Made by a program: the position numbers and the translations under genes
Shown here: in pieces, positions 1-14,924 of the stretch
How the letters are laid out: each line of letters begins with the position of its first letter
How positions within the stretch are numbered: position 1 is the stretch's first letter
Notes under the pieces: model-generated
What the model was told of the DNA's origin: nothing
Database searches by the model: none
Seen by the model: the letters and a program-made list of their open reading frames with translations, nothing else
Assembly: GCA_964016885.1 (NCBI GenBank)
Contig: OZ024745.1
Coordinates: 53,630,001 to 53,694,000, forward strand
DNA from: Eledone cirrhosa
Lineage: Eukaryota
Direction: 5' to 3'
Length of the DNA: 64,000 nucleotides

Positions 1-1204
1 CATTTGTATGTTTTGGAGGAAGGTGGTGATTTTAAGGATGGACAGAGGTCATTGGCTGAAGGATTTTAAAGAACTGAGTATAAGGGAACTGGAATTTTTC
101 GAACTGCAGCCGTCAAATTACGCAGTTTCTGTATAAGAATAGACATTAAACAATATCCATTATTACCTGCAGTGACTATAACCCCATTACGGAATAGGCC
201 TTGCCCAACTCTCTCCCGCTTACCTTTGACCTTAAACACTCAAGCAATTCCCCCAAGATGACGTGATATATATTTGCTTGGGTGGTGGAACTCAGGGCGG
301 TGAAACTCAGGAGAGTCAACGGCCACCCAATAAAGCTTTTTTGGTGGAGCGAGAGACAGTCTAGTCTTCATTAAAGCATCTCTCTAGAAGAAGGTTACTC
401 TGATATACAACCTGCAACTTCATTTGCATCCAATGATAGGGACCAGTTCTTTTTAGGTAAATACATTTGATGTTCAGAAAGTGGGATTGGCTCCGTGCAA
501 ATCCTTTCCTCACTTAAAAAAGCTTCAAGCACAGGCATCACTTGATATGTGACTTTTTTTGTGATGCATGGTATTGCTGGCCATAGGCAAGTCCCTAGCA
601 GGACTAAAAGGCCACATCAAAGATGCTCATGCTTCAGTATCAAGCGATGGCATTACTCGAAATCGAATTGCAGCCATCATGTTTGTAGATATGTGTGTAT
701 GTATGTACAGAGTATTGATGTTGAACTCCCGTCGGTTCCTTCGACAAATGCTCCAATTTTTCGAACAACGGAACTGTATACTCGTGAAATTAACGAGCAA
801 GAGGATGAACACTCTACGGACACGTAAACTCTTAACGTAGTTCTCAAGGGAGATTCAAAGTGACGCACCCCGTCGCTGGAAATCGAACTCATGACCACAT
901 TAACCACTAAGCCACATTAATTCCCTCATACATATATATATACAAATATATATAATATTCAACTATCATTACCCACATACTGCCGTTTTACTCACTACTT
1001 AACGAAATTGTCTGCACTCGGAGTTATATGTTTGTATTTCTCACGTACAAATCATATAATATCATTGAGTGAGCAAGTGACGGCCAGAGTTACATGGACT
1101 CTCTTCGGGGAGATTCATAAACCAATTTTTATTTCTTTTCTCCGCTGGTGGATTTGCTTCGAATGTAAGTTGAGCGTTTCCTATTTTTCTTTTTGTGCGA
1201 TATG

Positions 1205-1288
<84 letters not shown>

Positions 1289-1618
1289 TGCGCGTATATG
1301 TGTGTGCTTTTAGATGAGATGATAATATAACCACATAAAATCAAAGAAAATGTTAAAGCTCAGTGTGATTTTATAGTTAACAGCAAGATAGGTAAGAGAC
1401 AGTTCAGAGTTTAATCCAATCGGTAAATTTCAAATCACTGTAGTTTAACAATCTCACAAAGCATATATATAAAAGAAATAAAGAATAACCTGGGTGTAAT
1501 AGTTTAGTATATTATCTTAAGTTATTGCACGTTATATTTTTATCACTAATAAAATCTAATTGCGTATTTAAGTTTCCATAAAGTTTTAACGTTTTCCCAA
1601 CAGAATTTGAATTTTACT

Positions 1619-1654
<36 letters not shown>

Positions 1655-1914
1655 AGTGCGCGTATATGTGTGTGCGCGTGCGTGTGTGTGTGTGTGTGTG
1701 TGTGTTTGTGTGTATATATATATATAGTAATAATAATAAATTTGAAAACTAAAATCCAAAGAGGGCTCGATAAGGAAAAATATATATCAAATATATAAGA
1801 ACCCTAGAGCAAATATTTATTAAAATAACAGATTAAAGTTTAAGCAAAGAATCGCTGCTTTCACCCAGGTTTCTGCCTCAAAGGAGATCTTTTGAGGTGC
1901 AAAACCATGGTTAT

Positions 1915-1953
<39 letters not shown>

Positions 1954-2003
1954 TTGTGTGTGTTTGTGTGCGTGTGTGTGCGTGTGTGTGTGTGTGTGTG
2001 TGC

Positions 2004-2150
<147 letters not shown>

Positions 2151-3143
2151 AGTGCGTGTGTGTGCTTGGATAAATAGAATGCTAAAATCACTGCAGGAAT
2201 TCCAAGAAATAAGATAAGAGACATTTTCTATATTTTTTCCTTCTTCCTGCTAAAATCTCAGAATTTGTAAACAATTTTTTTTTTTATATTTGATTTCTTT
2301 TCTTTCTCATTTCTTCTTCAGGTAGTTGCTGGAGAAAGAGGAAGTCTAAAGTATATATTTGGTTATATAAGAAAGTTCTTTACCGAATTCGGACAAGTTT
2401 GTAGAATTCTCAAAGAATAACACAAAAGATTTAAAACAATATACTGATCAAAAGATACCAAATATTCTGTAAGTAATGGAAAATAGAGGGAAGAAGACAA
2501 AGAGATGGTTTTCTTTTTTTCCAGTCTGTTTATATAAACACATAAACAGAAACAGGTCTTTGATAAATACTTCCATAAATGGTAAACAGGAAAAAAATCA
2601 TGGATATATTGTTTTTCGTTGCAAGAGAATACGAAAATAAAGAGTGAACTATCGCCACAATCACTACTATTACTAGATGGAGCATCCGTATTGAGTCACT
2701 TGATTTGCTAAAAATAGTAACCATATCTCTATTGATTCACACAATACCTTCTAGAAATAAAGACCTAGTATAATATATTAAAGGGCACACTATTTCTGAA
2801 TGGAATTACGGATTTCACGGTGTGATTGTTCTTGATTAAATTGATGCTGGACCAAAGCCAAATCAAGTGAAGACATCGACAGCACCAAACACGTTATAAA
2901 TGGTCGTCGACCTGTAATATATAGCAGCTAAATGTTTATTAAAACACGTTATCATCTTTTAAAAAAAGCAGGAAGCTCACATTGAAATAAACCGTTTTAG
3001 CAGATGAGATTGTCACAACTAAATGGCATATTCGTGTGTGTATGTGTGAGAGAAAGAGAGGGGGGAGAGAGAGTGTGTGTGCGTGTGTGTGTGTGTATGT
3101 ATGCATGTGTGAGTGTGTGCCAGCTCTGTATAGGACTTAATTA

Positions 3144-3225
<82 letters not shown>

Positions 3226-3272
3226 GAAATGGGTCAGATCTGGAAAGTGATGCATTTCACCAGATTTATGCC

Positions 3273-3319
<47 letters not shown>

Positions 3320-3597
3320 TGAACATGTTGAGCATGTAAATAATAAAAATATTTCTGAACGTAATAAATTCTGTCAAACTTTTCATCGATTATTTCTACA
3401 ATACATAGATGTAAATAATATGAATTCAAAACTGAACAAGGACCTATAATTACCATGTACGTACGTATGTATGTATGTATGTATGTATGTATGTATGTAT
3501 GTATGTATGTGTGTGTGTATGTATGTGTGTATGTGTGAATGTATGTATGTAATTTTCTATGAATATATCTATGCATATATGTATGAATAAATGATTT

Positions 3598-3691
<94 letters not shown>

Positions 3692-3840
3692 AATAACTAT
3701 ACATATATATAGAGAGAGAGGTGGAACAGATGGGGCAAGGGGACAAGCCAGTCACCCTTTTCAGCGTCAGCGATGTAGAAAGGGAAAGGAAAGGCAAAGT
3801 CTGATAGAGTGTGGGACCATTGATGTCGAGTGAAATATAA

Positions 3841-4012
3841 GTTTCTACTTTTGGCACAAGGCCAGCAATTCACCAGTGAATTACTGGTACTTTATTTTAT
3901 CGACCCCGTAAGGATGAAAGGCAAAGTTAACCTCGGCGGGATTTGAACTCAGAATGGCAAGTAACCTTATGCGTCAAAGCATGACGTCCGATCCTCTATC
4001 GACACTGCCAAT
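3841..4012 (-). mobile_element. tRNA-derived SINE (dominant family in this window)
   Basis: Reverse complement has the B-box GAGTTCAAATCC, the conserved gcctttcatcct..ggggtcgataaaataaagtaccag domain and the tail ggccttgtgccaaaagtagaaac, shared with more than 10 other copies here. Confidence 0.85.
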
Positions 4013-4116
4013 GAGTGAAATATAATGTCTTGCCCAAAGGCACAACGCACCGCCCAGTAAAGGAACCGAAGTCACAACCTTACGATTATAAATCCAACTC
4101 CCAACCACTGAGGCAC

Positions 4117-4162
<46 letters not shown>

Positions 4163-4471
4163 TTTGTTACTGTTTTCTCTTTTCTTCCCCTTTACTTTCC
4201 TTCCCTCCTTCCTCCGTTTTCCCAATAACTTATCCAGTTATTGACGCCCTGGGGCGAGGTATATTGTCTTTAAAGCGTAGAAATATCCGAGACCCCCAGT
4301 AGACAACTGATGAGGACTCCTCCCCCCCCCCCCCTCCACCCCTCCACCCCCTCCACCCCGTTCTTGCTTTCTTCGTATTCCCACTGCATTTTAAGTTACC
4401 TTAAATAGCAACTACACAGCCATTTCTATTCTCCATATATATATATATGTGTGTGTATATGTATATATATA

Positions 4472-4573
<102 letters not shown>

Positions 4574-4644
4574 ATATTGAAACGAAGTCATGGAAGAACC
4601 GGTATATCTCCGACCGTTCTGTTCCTCAATGCCAGCATCACTAG

Positions 4645-5531
<887 letters not shown>

Positions 5532-5717
5532 TATATATATATATATATATACACACACACGGAGCAGAGCACGTGTTTGTTTAGTCAGCCAATTTGGGGA
5601 AGTGACACTATGTATATGTGGAGGGTGTGTGTACATTAGTCAGGTAAAGAGATATATTTAAACCCATTTTAGAAACTCTCGGGAGTTTAAATACACATTA
5701 GCCTTTATACACACACA

Positions 5718-5812
<95 letters not shown>

Positions 5813-5910
5813 ATCCAGTCCTCGATAGCTGTTCCATTTACCGAATTATTATTATTTTTATATGAGTCCCCAGTGTCCGCGCATTGCCTGGAGACTTGGC
5901 TGAGAATGAC

Positions 5911-5990
5911 CTCCCTGATGACGCAATGAAATTCTCAACAGTTCATTACGTAACTGTCTTTATCCCATTGCAGAAACATTGCAGTTGGAG
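5911..5990 (+). ncRNA. Type I hammerhead ribozyme (copy 1)
   Basis: ctcc-CTGATGA-(c)gcaatg...cattgc(a)-GAAAC-attgca-GTT-ggag. Confidence 0.6.
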
Positions 5991-6462
5991 TGAAAATTTA
6001 AGTAAGTAAGTAAATTTTAAAAAAAAAATTTTTTTTTAATTTTCTTATTTTACGTCTTTTATATTATTGTTCTGCATCCTCCTGCATTGAACCACCTAGG
6101 TACTATGACATAACCTGTGTATTTGCTGGCATTAGCGTACATCTGTGCGCTTATGTTAGTAGATATATTAAATTATCTATATTTATCTCCAAATCACTGA
6201 TTTGTCGAGCAAACCTGCCAAAACCACTTCTAAATTTTTTGGGGGTGTTAGTAGGCGTCTGTCATCTTACCATCCCATTCCTACTGACTAGCCTCTGTGT
6301 CACGTGATTGATTCTTTAGAATCGGCCATATGACCAGTGGCAGTGAGAATTTTCAGTACCTGGAATCCAGTCCTTGATAGCTGTTCCATTTACCGAATTA
6401 TTATTATTTTTATATGAGTCCCCAGTGTCCGCGCATTGCCTGGAGACTTGGCTGAGAATGAC

Positions 6463-6542
6463 CTCCCTGATGACGCAATGAAATTCTCAACAGTTCATTA
6501 CGTAACTGTCTTTATCCCATTGCAGAAACTAATTAGTTGGAG
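6463..6542 (+). ncRNA. Type I hammerhead ribozyme (copy 2)
   Basis: ctcc-CTGATGA-(c)gcaatg...cattgc(a)-GAAAC-taatta-GTT-ggag. Stem III actaattagt is palindromic. Confidence 0.7.
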
Positions 6543-6606
6543 TGAAAATTTAAGTAAGTAAGTAAATTTTTTTAAAATTTTTTTTTTTTAATTTTCTTAT
6601 TTTACG

Positions 6607-6647
<41 letters not shown>

Positions 6648-6698
6648 GAGTAAAAGAATGAAGAATAACAGTCGGCTGTACAAAAAGGGGTTTATTTA

Positions 6699-6811
6699 CA
6701 GTATTAACAATTGTTTCATTAATCAGGTGAGTCTAAAAGCCGCTGATCGCTAGAAATTACGTCACTCGACCTTAATTACAGTGTTTGCCTGATCAAATCA
6801 TCGGAATACTG
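6699..6811 (-). ncRNA. Type I hammerhead ribozyme in a solo pLTR-like fragment (~6649-6826)
   Basis: Minus strand: cagtatt-CCGATGA-t-ttgatcagg...cctgattaa-t-GAAAC-aatt-GTT-aatactg, then aataaa. 7-bp stem I, 9-bp stem II, palindromic stem III. Confidence 0.75.
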
Positions 6812-7561
6812 ATACCTTTTTATCATATATATATATATATATATACTGAAATTTAAAAGAAACAAATCGAGTTGAGAGGGGAGTGGGCATTTAATATATA
6901 TATGAAGAGTGTTGAGCGTTCACTAAGATACATACAAGCTTTTTGTGATAGCTTAAATATTTTTTGTTTATTTTTTTCTTTTCAATTTCATTAAGGAATG
7001 CGTTGTTGTCGTTTTTTATCTTCTATGAGAAACTGACCTGTATTGGCCTTGTTGCTACAAGACCTTCTTCTTTCTAGAACTTTCTATTAAATATCATAGT
7101 CTGCTTTGAAGTCTTTTTAGTATCGAAATGTAGTATGACCATCATATATTTCTTTCGCTTATCAACATATACGAAGAAGTGGTATGATTAATATTGCTTT
7201 GTTTGAATATATTCTCAACCATACATATGTAATGCTTTCATTCAATTGGAAGATGTGATGTGGTTGAGGAAAATTTAGCTTCATACACAGAATCGACTGA
7301 ACGTTGAATAAAAACTGCATTAGCGTTAGCTACAGATGTAGTACATCATATATAAAGACCTTTCTCACACGCAAGCCGGTTAAATAAATTGTTCCAGGAT
7401 GTTCATGAAAGAAGGCCAAGACATGTCTTTTGAACCAAGCATGCAATATTTAGTTGATTCACTATGGTTGCGTCTTTCACAGACGAAACACTAAAACGCG
7501 AAACTCACATTATGGAGAATGGATGGCAGTTATAGCTTCAAATAAATGAATAGAGATACAT

Positions 7562-7648
<87 letters not shown>

Positions 7649-7649
7649 C

Positions 7650-7681
<32 letters not shown>

Positions 7682-7780
7682 GTATGTATATATATATATA
7701 TATATATATGTATACATACATATACATATATATATATATGTGTGTATGTATGTATATATATATATATGTATATACACACA

Positions 7781-7846
<66 letters not shown>

Positions 7847-8057
7847 GGAGTGAAATATAGATACATGTATAGCATAGGAACATAGAATAGTGGAAGATAG
7901 GAAGAGACAAGAAGGATGATAAAACGATCTAGAGCAAAGAAGGGACGGGATAAGATGTGGTAGAAGGAGGATTAGAAGGATAAAATGAAGGGTAGAAATA
8001 GTGCGATAAGAAGAAGAATCTGTAAAGCCGAAATGCGGTCGTAAAGGAAGAGTACAT

Positions 8058-8322
8058 TTTGTTGTTGTTGTTGTTGTTGTGGTGGTGGTGCTGGTGCTGG
8101 TACTGGTGGTAGTAGTGGTGGTGGTGGTGGTGGTGATGGTGGTGGTGGTGGTGCTGGTGGTGCTGGTACTGGTGGTAGTAGTGGTGGTGATGGTGGTGGT
8201 GGTGGTAGTGCTGGTGGTGCTGGTGGTGGTGGTGGTGGTGGTGATGGTGGTGGTGGTGGTGGTGCTGGTGCTGGTGCTGGTGCTGGTGCTGGTGCTGGTG
8301 ATGGTGGTGGTGGTGGTGGTGA
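8058..8322. repeat. (TGG)n / (TGCTGG)n trinucleotide-type microsatellite
   Basis: Directly visible. Explains the poly-His and poly-Val ORFs. Confidence 0.95.
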
Positions 8323-8681
8323 CGGTGGCTTTTGTTCATTTACTTATTTATTCTTTTCTTTGTTGTTTTTCTCTGTTTATGATCAAAACTGAAAACGAAA
8401 ACAATCGTTCCTTGTAAGGAGTAAGAAGAGTAAAAGGAGGAGGTGAAGGAGGAGGAGGAGGGAATGAAGGAGAGAGTAATACTGGGTGAGGAAAAGGGAA
8501 AGGAAGGGGTGAAGCTGATTCATCTATTATCAAATGAACAATAAACAAAAAAGATAACTTAGGGAGTTGTAATGCTGATCAAAATCAATAAATATTATTA
8601 TTAAACAACACCCAAATAACACAGCATAAACCGTAATAATTGCTACCGATAGGCTCGTCGGTTACAGCAGCAGCAAAACCA

Positions 8682-8717
<36 letters not shown>

Positions 8718-8958
8718 TAGTGGTAGTAGTAGTAGTAGTGGTAGTGGTGTTGGTTGGGGGTGGCAAATGGCGGTGGTAGTGTAACTATGGCAACGTCATT
8801 GATGCAAGATTATTTGGCATCGATGAGCGGTGTGTAACGTAACATAACCACAACGCAGCCCCTCTCTCTCTCTATCTCTCTCTCTCTCTCGTTCTCTCTC
8901 TCTATCTATCTCTCTATCTATCTATCTATCTACATACATATCTCTTCTTATTGGTATG

Positions 8959-8991
<33 letters not shown>

Positions 8992-9595
8992 TTATATGTA
9001 TGTGTGTGAGAGTGTATTTGTTAGTATATGTATGTGTTGGTGTAAATCCATACGATTGCACCATGTTGTGATGGTGGCGATTGTGGGTAACGATTGCTGT
9101 GATGCACAGCACACTGGTAGTGATGATGGTAGTGTTAGAAGTGTTATTACTACTGATAATGATGGGAATGTTGATGATGATGATGGAGGAGGAGGGGGGG
9201 GGGGTAATTTTGATATGCTGTTTAACCCCAGGCCAGCCTTGATCGAGCAGAGCTACAACAAAAATCATTCCAGCCGTAACCGTTCCGTCTAGTTAGTATG
9301 TGCAGTGGACCAAATCGGCATTATTCAACGTGTACCGTTTTAGGGAGATTTGACTATGATTTGTAGCAAGTTGAACAACTCCATAACTGCTTTCATGGTG
9401 GTGGGGAGGGTTAATTGCTGTGGCCTTCTTACTTTGCCATTCATCCTTACGGGGTCGATAAAGTAAAGTACCAGTAATGAACTGAGTATGTGCTGGCCTT
9501 GTGCCAAAAGTAGAAACAATTATTGGTGTTCTCGTTGCCGTAATTGTAGTATGTGTAAAGGTGGTGGTGGTGATGGTGATGGTAATGGTAATAAC

Positions 9596-9722
9596 TGTTT
9601 CTACTTTTGGCACAAGGCCAGCAATTACCCAGTACATTACTGGTACTTTATTTTATCGACCCCGTAAGGATGAAAGGCAAAGTTAACCTCGGCGTGATTT
9701 GAACTCAGACCGTAAAGGGACG
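9596..9722 (-). mobile_element. SINE copy (partial)
   Basis: Same family sequence as 10078-10265. Confidence 0.8.
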
Positions 9723-10077
9723 TGATGGTAATAAGGTTAATATTTTATGGTCGTTCTTGTTTTCTTTAACTGTTTATTCAAGGAGGGAAGAATAATGCCT
9801 GTAGCTATATGCAAAGCTTTCGAGACTAATGGGTGGGGGAAGGGGAGAAATATATCTTTAAACCGGTGATTTGGCCCAAGCGCTTGCAACAGATTGGCCT
9901 CAGCTAAATATATCTAAGGACAAGGTCGTGTGTAGAAATCGAGCGTCAGATTAAGTTTTCTACCAAAGTTGGCATCTTTGAGATTTTAACACAGAATGCA
10001 AAGAGCCGGGATAAAATACCGCAAGGTATCTCATCCAACTTTCTAACCATTCCATCAATCCACCGCCAATTATTGAT

Positions 10078-10265
10078 GTGGATTGGCAGTATCGGTAGAG
10101 GGTCGGACGCCATGCTTTGACGTATAGAGTTACGGCCCCTGCCATTCTGAGTTCAAATCCCGCCGAGGTTCACTTTGCCTTTCATCCTTACGGGGTCGAT
10201 AAAATAAAGTACCAGTAATGCACTGGGTAATTGCTGGCCTTGTGCCAAATGTAGAAACAATTATT
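10078..10265 (+). mobile_element. tRNA-derived SINE, near full length
   Basis: A-box-like tggcagtatcggt, B-box gagttcaaatcc, conserved domain, tail ending agaaacaattatt. Confidence 0.9.
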
Positions 10266-10859
10266 GATACTTTATTCTATTGACCCTGAAACGAGAAAAA
10301 GTAAATACCGTAAAGCACATCATCGGCCGATAGGTGAGGTGTGACCCACAGAACCACACTTCCTAATGCACCACACATCGACCTAGTTGAGGACTACCCT
10401 TCATATTCAGATATGCACTGGTTAATTTCATCTGAAAACTTCGTTGGAATAGTTACATCAAAGTTTATAATGGCCCTTATTGTACATTACATCAATTCAT
10501 CCATGCCCAGTATTTTTTTCTAGTTTCATTGCATGCAAAATGCTTATATAAACAAACCAAAGATTATGGAGGAAGATGTATCACGCAATTGGATTCAACC
10601 CAAAGTATACAATTGCAAAATGAACTTCTTCTTCTCATGGCTAGAATAACAAACCTGAGTTCCTAGCATTTTCATTTAATATCCGTGTTGGTGTAATATT
10701 TCTACAGCCTGTAAGAGTGTGAAATACACAGTTCTCATTGTAGTTTTTTATAACTGCTGTTTGTGGAACACGATAAGTAACTGGCATAATCCTTTATGGA
10801 TCGAATGTATTGTCTGTATACTGATACTGGGGTTTATTTGTAAAAGCCAAATACATTAC

Positions 10860-11260
10860 TGGAAGATTTCTACCCTTTTCGTTGTCTTCTCCGTGTGTTT
10901 TAAGTATTGTAAAGTTGTTCTGGATGATTCCTAGTATATTTGTCGTTTATTTATGTGATATGCTTATGTTATTGAGTGTGATAGTCGAAGATAAATCATC
11001 TTTTCCAATGTTACTGATAAGAAGGAAGATAAGGAATTTGTTAGATGCAACGTTATGTTTGGAAGATAATAGCTGTTTGATGTAAATTGCAAAATGTTTG
11101 CTGTTGTGTCTGGGAAATGGTAGGAAGATATAATTGTAGTTTCGTCAATATATGAAGCAGTATATGTGTTTTGTAGAAATGTGAGAAGTTCGTATAGGCA
11201 AAGGTTTAAAAAGGGTGGGTGTGAGGAGGAATTTTGGGGGACTTTATTTGAGAAATTGCA
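10860..11260 (-). pseudogene. Highly decayed non-LTR reverse transcriptase fragment
   Basis: Minus-strand translations give VPQNS..P.FLNL (cf. GVPQGS.LSP.LFN), ASYIDETTI (cf. YADD) and ITLNNISI..NILGII in the expected order, with frameshifts and stops. Confidence 0.5.
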
Positions 11261-12514
11261 GATTTTAGATATATTGTCTAGTTTGTCAGCCAGATTTAAA
11301 GTAATATCTTATCACTCCATCATTTCCTTTTTAATCTGCAGCACAAAGCATATGAAACTACACCACATAAAATACAACACAGAAATGAGGGGTAAAATTG
11401 TAAAGAATACTACAGACGAGTCAAGCTAATATTAAAACTAAACCCAATGATAAAAATAAGACGATAGGTTTAAATACCCTAGCTATCATAGTAATAAACA
11501 ACAGCATCAACGTAATACTTGGGAGGATGAGTAAACTGAACAGTGTTGCTAATGGGTTACACACCAGGTGAATTACATAACATATATCTACACGGGGAGG
11601 ACTGAGTCTGATACAGATAGAATTCTACTATGAAGTAGCAACAGTGGGACCAGAGAAATACACACAAGCAAAGGGAAACTGTACTGTTTAGGGTAATAAG
11701 TACGTACACATTCATAGACACGACTGAGTCGGGAGAAGGTGGGGGTAGGGGTGATGACTCTTTAATTGGTCACTGGAGCCAAAAATATTGAGAAGAATAC
11801 ATTTGACAAAAACAATGAAGCATTACAAGAAACGAGTAAACACAAGGAAAATGGGCAACAAAAGTAACTAAGAATAATTACAAAAATTCCCTAATGGAGG
11901 GAAACAGCGGCCTGTAGTAATTAAAGAACCCCACAGATCTGAGATCACCCCGATCCCCAAGGGCAAATTACCTCTCTTATCACTATCCTTTCTAGCCTAC
12001 AGGTTCATGCTTAAAGTAGGCCATTCAAAAGGACTATTTTCGCTACATTTATTCATCTTTTAACAAATATACTTGAAGGCAGCACTTCCTTCACCACCTT
12101 CACCTAACTTTTCAAATGGAACTTTAAAATATCGATTAACGTTTTGCCGTAGAGTATATTTGCCATATGGGATATTACAAGGGCAGGTTGCATAGATTGC
12201 GAGAGTTTATGACGGTCGAACGATGATGAGTGTGAGGAAAAAAATTACTTCTAATTTAAGCCAAAACATTGTGAGGGGGAGAAGTTGATTCCATCGGTCC
12301 TAGTACTTGACTGGTACTTAATTTTATTGACCTTGGAATGGTGTGAAGCAAAGTTGACCTCGGTGGGATTTGAACTCAGAACGTAAAATGCCTGAATAAA
12401 TTTAATAAAGTATTTTGTTTGACGTTGTTACGAATTCATCATAATCCTTATCTTTATTGTTATTATGTTTTCATAATCATCATCTTCATTGGGGTGGGTG
12501 GGGGCCGAAATAAT

Positions 12515-12685
12515 AGTTTCTTATATAAGCACAAGGCCAGCAACTTTGGGGGAGGGGAAAGTCGATTAAATCGATCCCAGTGCGTGACTAGTACTTTATT
12601 TTATCGACCCCGTAAGGATGAAAGGCAAAGTCAACCCCCGCGGGATTTGAACTCAGAATGGCGTCCGACTCTCTACCGATACTGA
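12515..12685 (-). mobile_element. SINE copy (variant)
   Basis: Family domain and B-box on the reverse strand. Confidence 0.75.
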
Positions 12686-13007
12686 ATGTGTAGTAATCCT
12701 TGTGATCATTCATATCTGTTATTGCTGCTGCTGTTGTTGTTGCCTTTGTTGATTTTGCTGATTCTGATGATGATGATGTTTAGACAATTCTTCCTTAATG
12801 CTTGCGCTTTGCCCACAAGCGGCTTTGAGAGCTTAGTACTACATGTCAGCGAATCACCTGTCAAATTGAGAATGTCTCTTGCCGCCTGTAGCGCAGTGAA
12901 CTGTTGCACCTTTCTCTTTTCTCTTCCCATCTCTTTCGCTTCCTCTCTCCTTCATTCTTTCTATCCTTCACTCTTTTTCTTTCTCACCTTCACTTACTGT
13001 TTTTCCT

Positions 13008-13050
<43 letters not shown>

Positions 13051-13769
13051 GTCTCCTCTCTCTCATGTTTCCTCTCTCTCTCATGTCTCCTCTCTCTCTC
13101 TCATGTCTGCTCTCTCTCTCTCTCTCTCATGCCCCCCCCCCTCTCTCTCTCATGCCCCCCCCCCTCTCTCTCTCTCCCTCTCTCTTGTCTCCCCTTCTCA
13201 CTCTTATTTCCTCTCTCTTTCTCTATTATATATATCTCCGTAGTTCGTATGTTTACAAGAAACAAATGTTGTTATTACTTGTATGAATTACTTAGTGTTC
13301 CTCCTTTACAATAGTCAGTTGTTTACTGAAACATTAAAGGGCCGGCTGGATTAAGAGGTCTGACAACATTTCACTTTTCTGTTCACATTGAAAGGAAAAG
13401 TCCTCTAGAGAGAACCTTTCCGTCCATTCCTCAATTATCGATGACATGAATTACCTGTAAAATACTGACTCCACAAAATTATTTATCTACCCTACGTAGC
13501 ACCCTGGACAAATGTCTTCTACCATAGCCAGATATCATTCTGAGCCTTATATCTCGAAGTTTCCTTTTGTAATCAGATTCCGACATCGATTCAAAAAGCT
13601 GCGCCACGTTCTCTCAATGTGGGTGCACCTATGTCTTGATTTCACTCCCTTTCTTTCTCCTCTCTCTCTATCTCTCTCCACCACCACCATCACCACTCTC
13701 TCTTTCCATCTCATCTCTTTATTTCACTCACATCTTTCTTTTCCATCACAACTACCACCCTATCTATAA

Positions 13770-13807
<38 letters not shown>

Positions 13808-14121
13808 CATATATATATGTATATATATAAAAACAAATAACGAAACGAAATTAAATTTCGTTTCGTTTGTAACTCACTTTTGTATGACTGACGCTTAAAC
13901 AATTGAGTTAAAAATGTACATCCACATATGTATACTGAAATACTAGTATGCATATGAATACACACACGTGTACATATGTAGATGTACCGAGTTTTTCACT
14001 GGTCACTTTACTGTGAGTGTCCAGCTATTCTGTATGTAAACACACAGACAAACCGGTTTTTAGAGTCATACTGGTTTTTGAGGAAACACCTTTCCTCTAT
14101 TCTCCAGAAAGCCAGACAAGG

Positions 14122-14166
14122 AATATTGGACTAGTTTCGATGTTGTTACATCTCATCAGCAATATT
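14122..14166 (-). ncRNA. Minimal type I hammerhead ribozyme
   Basis: Reverse complement of the HHR at 14414-14458. Confidence 0.9.
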
Positions 14167-14413
14167 TACCCATCTTCCGGCCTTTCTAGAGAATCGTAAA
14201 AGCACATATCGTTATATGCTTTTTCTATGAAAATTAGTAGTGGGCAGACTAATTTGCATAGAGCGTGAGTACGTACCGGTTTTTTATCGTCTCCGTTGAA
14301 CCGGTACGTACTCACGCTCTATGCAAATTAGTTTGCCCACTACTAATTTTCATAGAAAAAGCATATAACGATATGTGCTTTTACGATTCTCTAGAAAGGC
14401 CGGAAGATGGGTA

Positions 14414-14458
14414 AATATTGCTGATGAGATGTAACAACATCGAAACTAGTCCAATATT
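14414..14458 (+). ncRNA. Minimal type I hammerhead ribozyme
   Basis: aatattg-CTGATGA-gatgt-aaca-acatc-GAAAC-ta-GTC-caatatt: canonical core, 7-bp stem I, 5-bp stem II, palindromic stem III (actagt), GUC site ending at 14451. Confidence 0.92.
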
Positions 14459-14879
14459 CCTTGTCTGGCTTTCTGGAGAATAGAGGAAAGGTGTTTCCTC
14501 AAAAACCAGTATGACTCTAAAAACCGGTTTGTCTGTGTGTTTACATACAGAATAGCTGGACACTCACAGTAAAGTGACCAGTGAAAAACTCGGTACATCT
14601 ACATATGTACACGTGTGTGTATTCATATGCATACTAGTATTTCAGTATACATATGTGGATGTACATTTTTAACTCAATTGTTTAAGCGTCAGTCATACAA
14701 AAGTGAGTTACAAACGAAACGAAATTTAATTTCGTTTCGTTATTTGTTTTTATCGTCTCCGTTGAACCGGTACGTACTCACGCTCTATGCAAATTAGTCT
14801 GCCCACTACTAATTTTCATAGAAAAAGCATATAACGATATGTGCTTTTACGATTCTCTAGAAAGGCCGGAAGATGGGTA

Positions 14880-14924
14880 AATATTGCTGATGAGATGTAA
14901 CAACATCGAAACTAGTCCAATATT
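14880..14924 (+). ncRNA. Minimal type I hammerhead ribozyme
   Basis: Identical to 14414-14458, 466 nt downstream. GUC site ends at 14917. Confidence 0.92.

Larger units (their letters stand above)
5809..6615 (+). mobile_element. Non-coding element with two ~255-bp direct repeats, each carrying a hammerhead ribozyme (retrozyme / Penelope pLTR-like)
   Basis: Direct repeats start at 5809 and 6361 (552-nt period). Flanked by (TA)n on both sides. No ORF. Confidence 0.8.

Noticed and set aside
1855-1915. Minus-strand hairpin followed by GAAACctgggt
   Set aside because: No CUGANGA-like core upstream, so not callable as a ribozyme
4300-4320. CTGATGAGGAC hammerhead-like core (also ctgatgaaggac at ~24890)
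   Set aside because: No downstream stem II/GAAA. At most truncated pLTR ends
7929-8417. Poly-His and poly-Val ORFs
   Set aside because: Trinucleotide microsatellite with no splice or domain evidence
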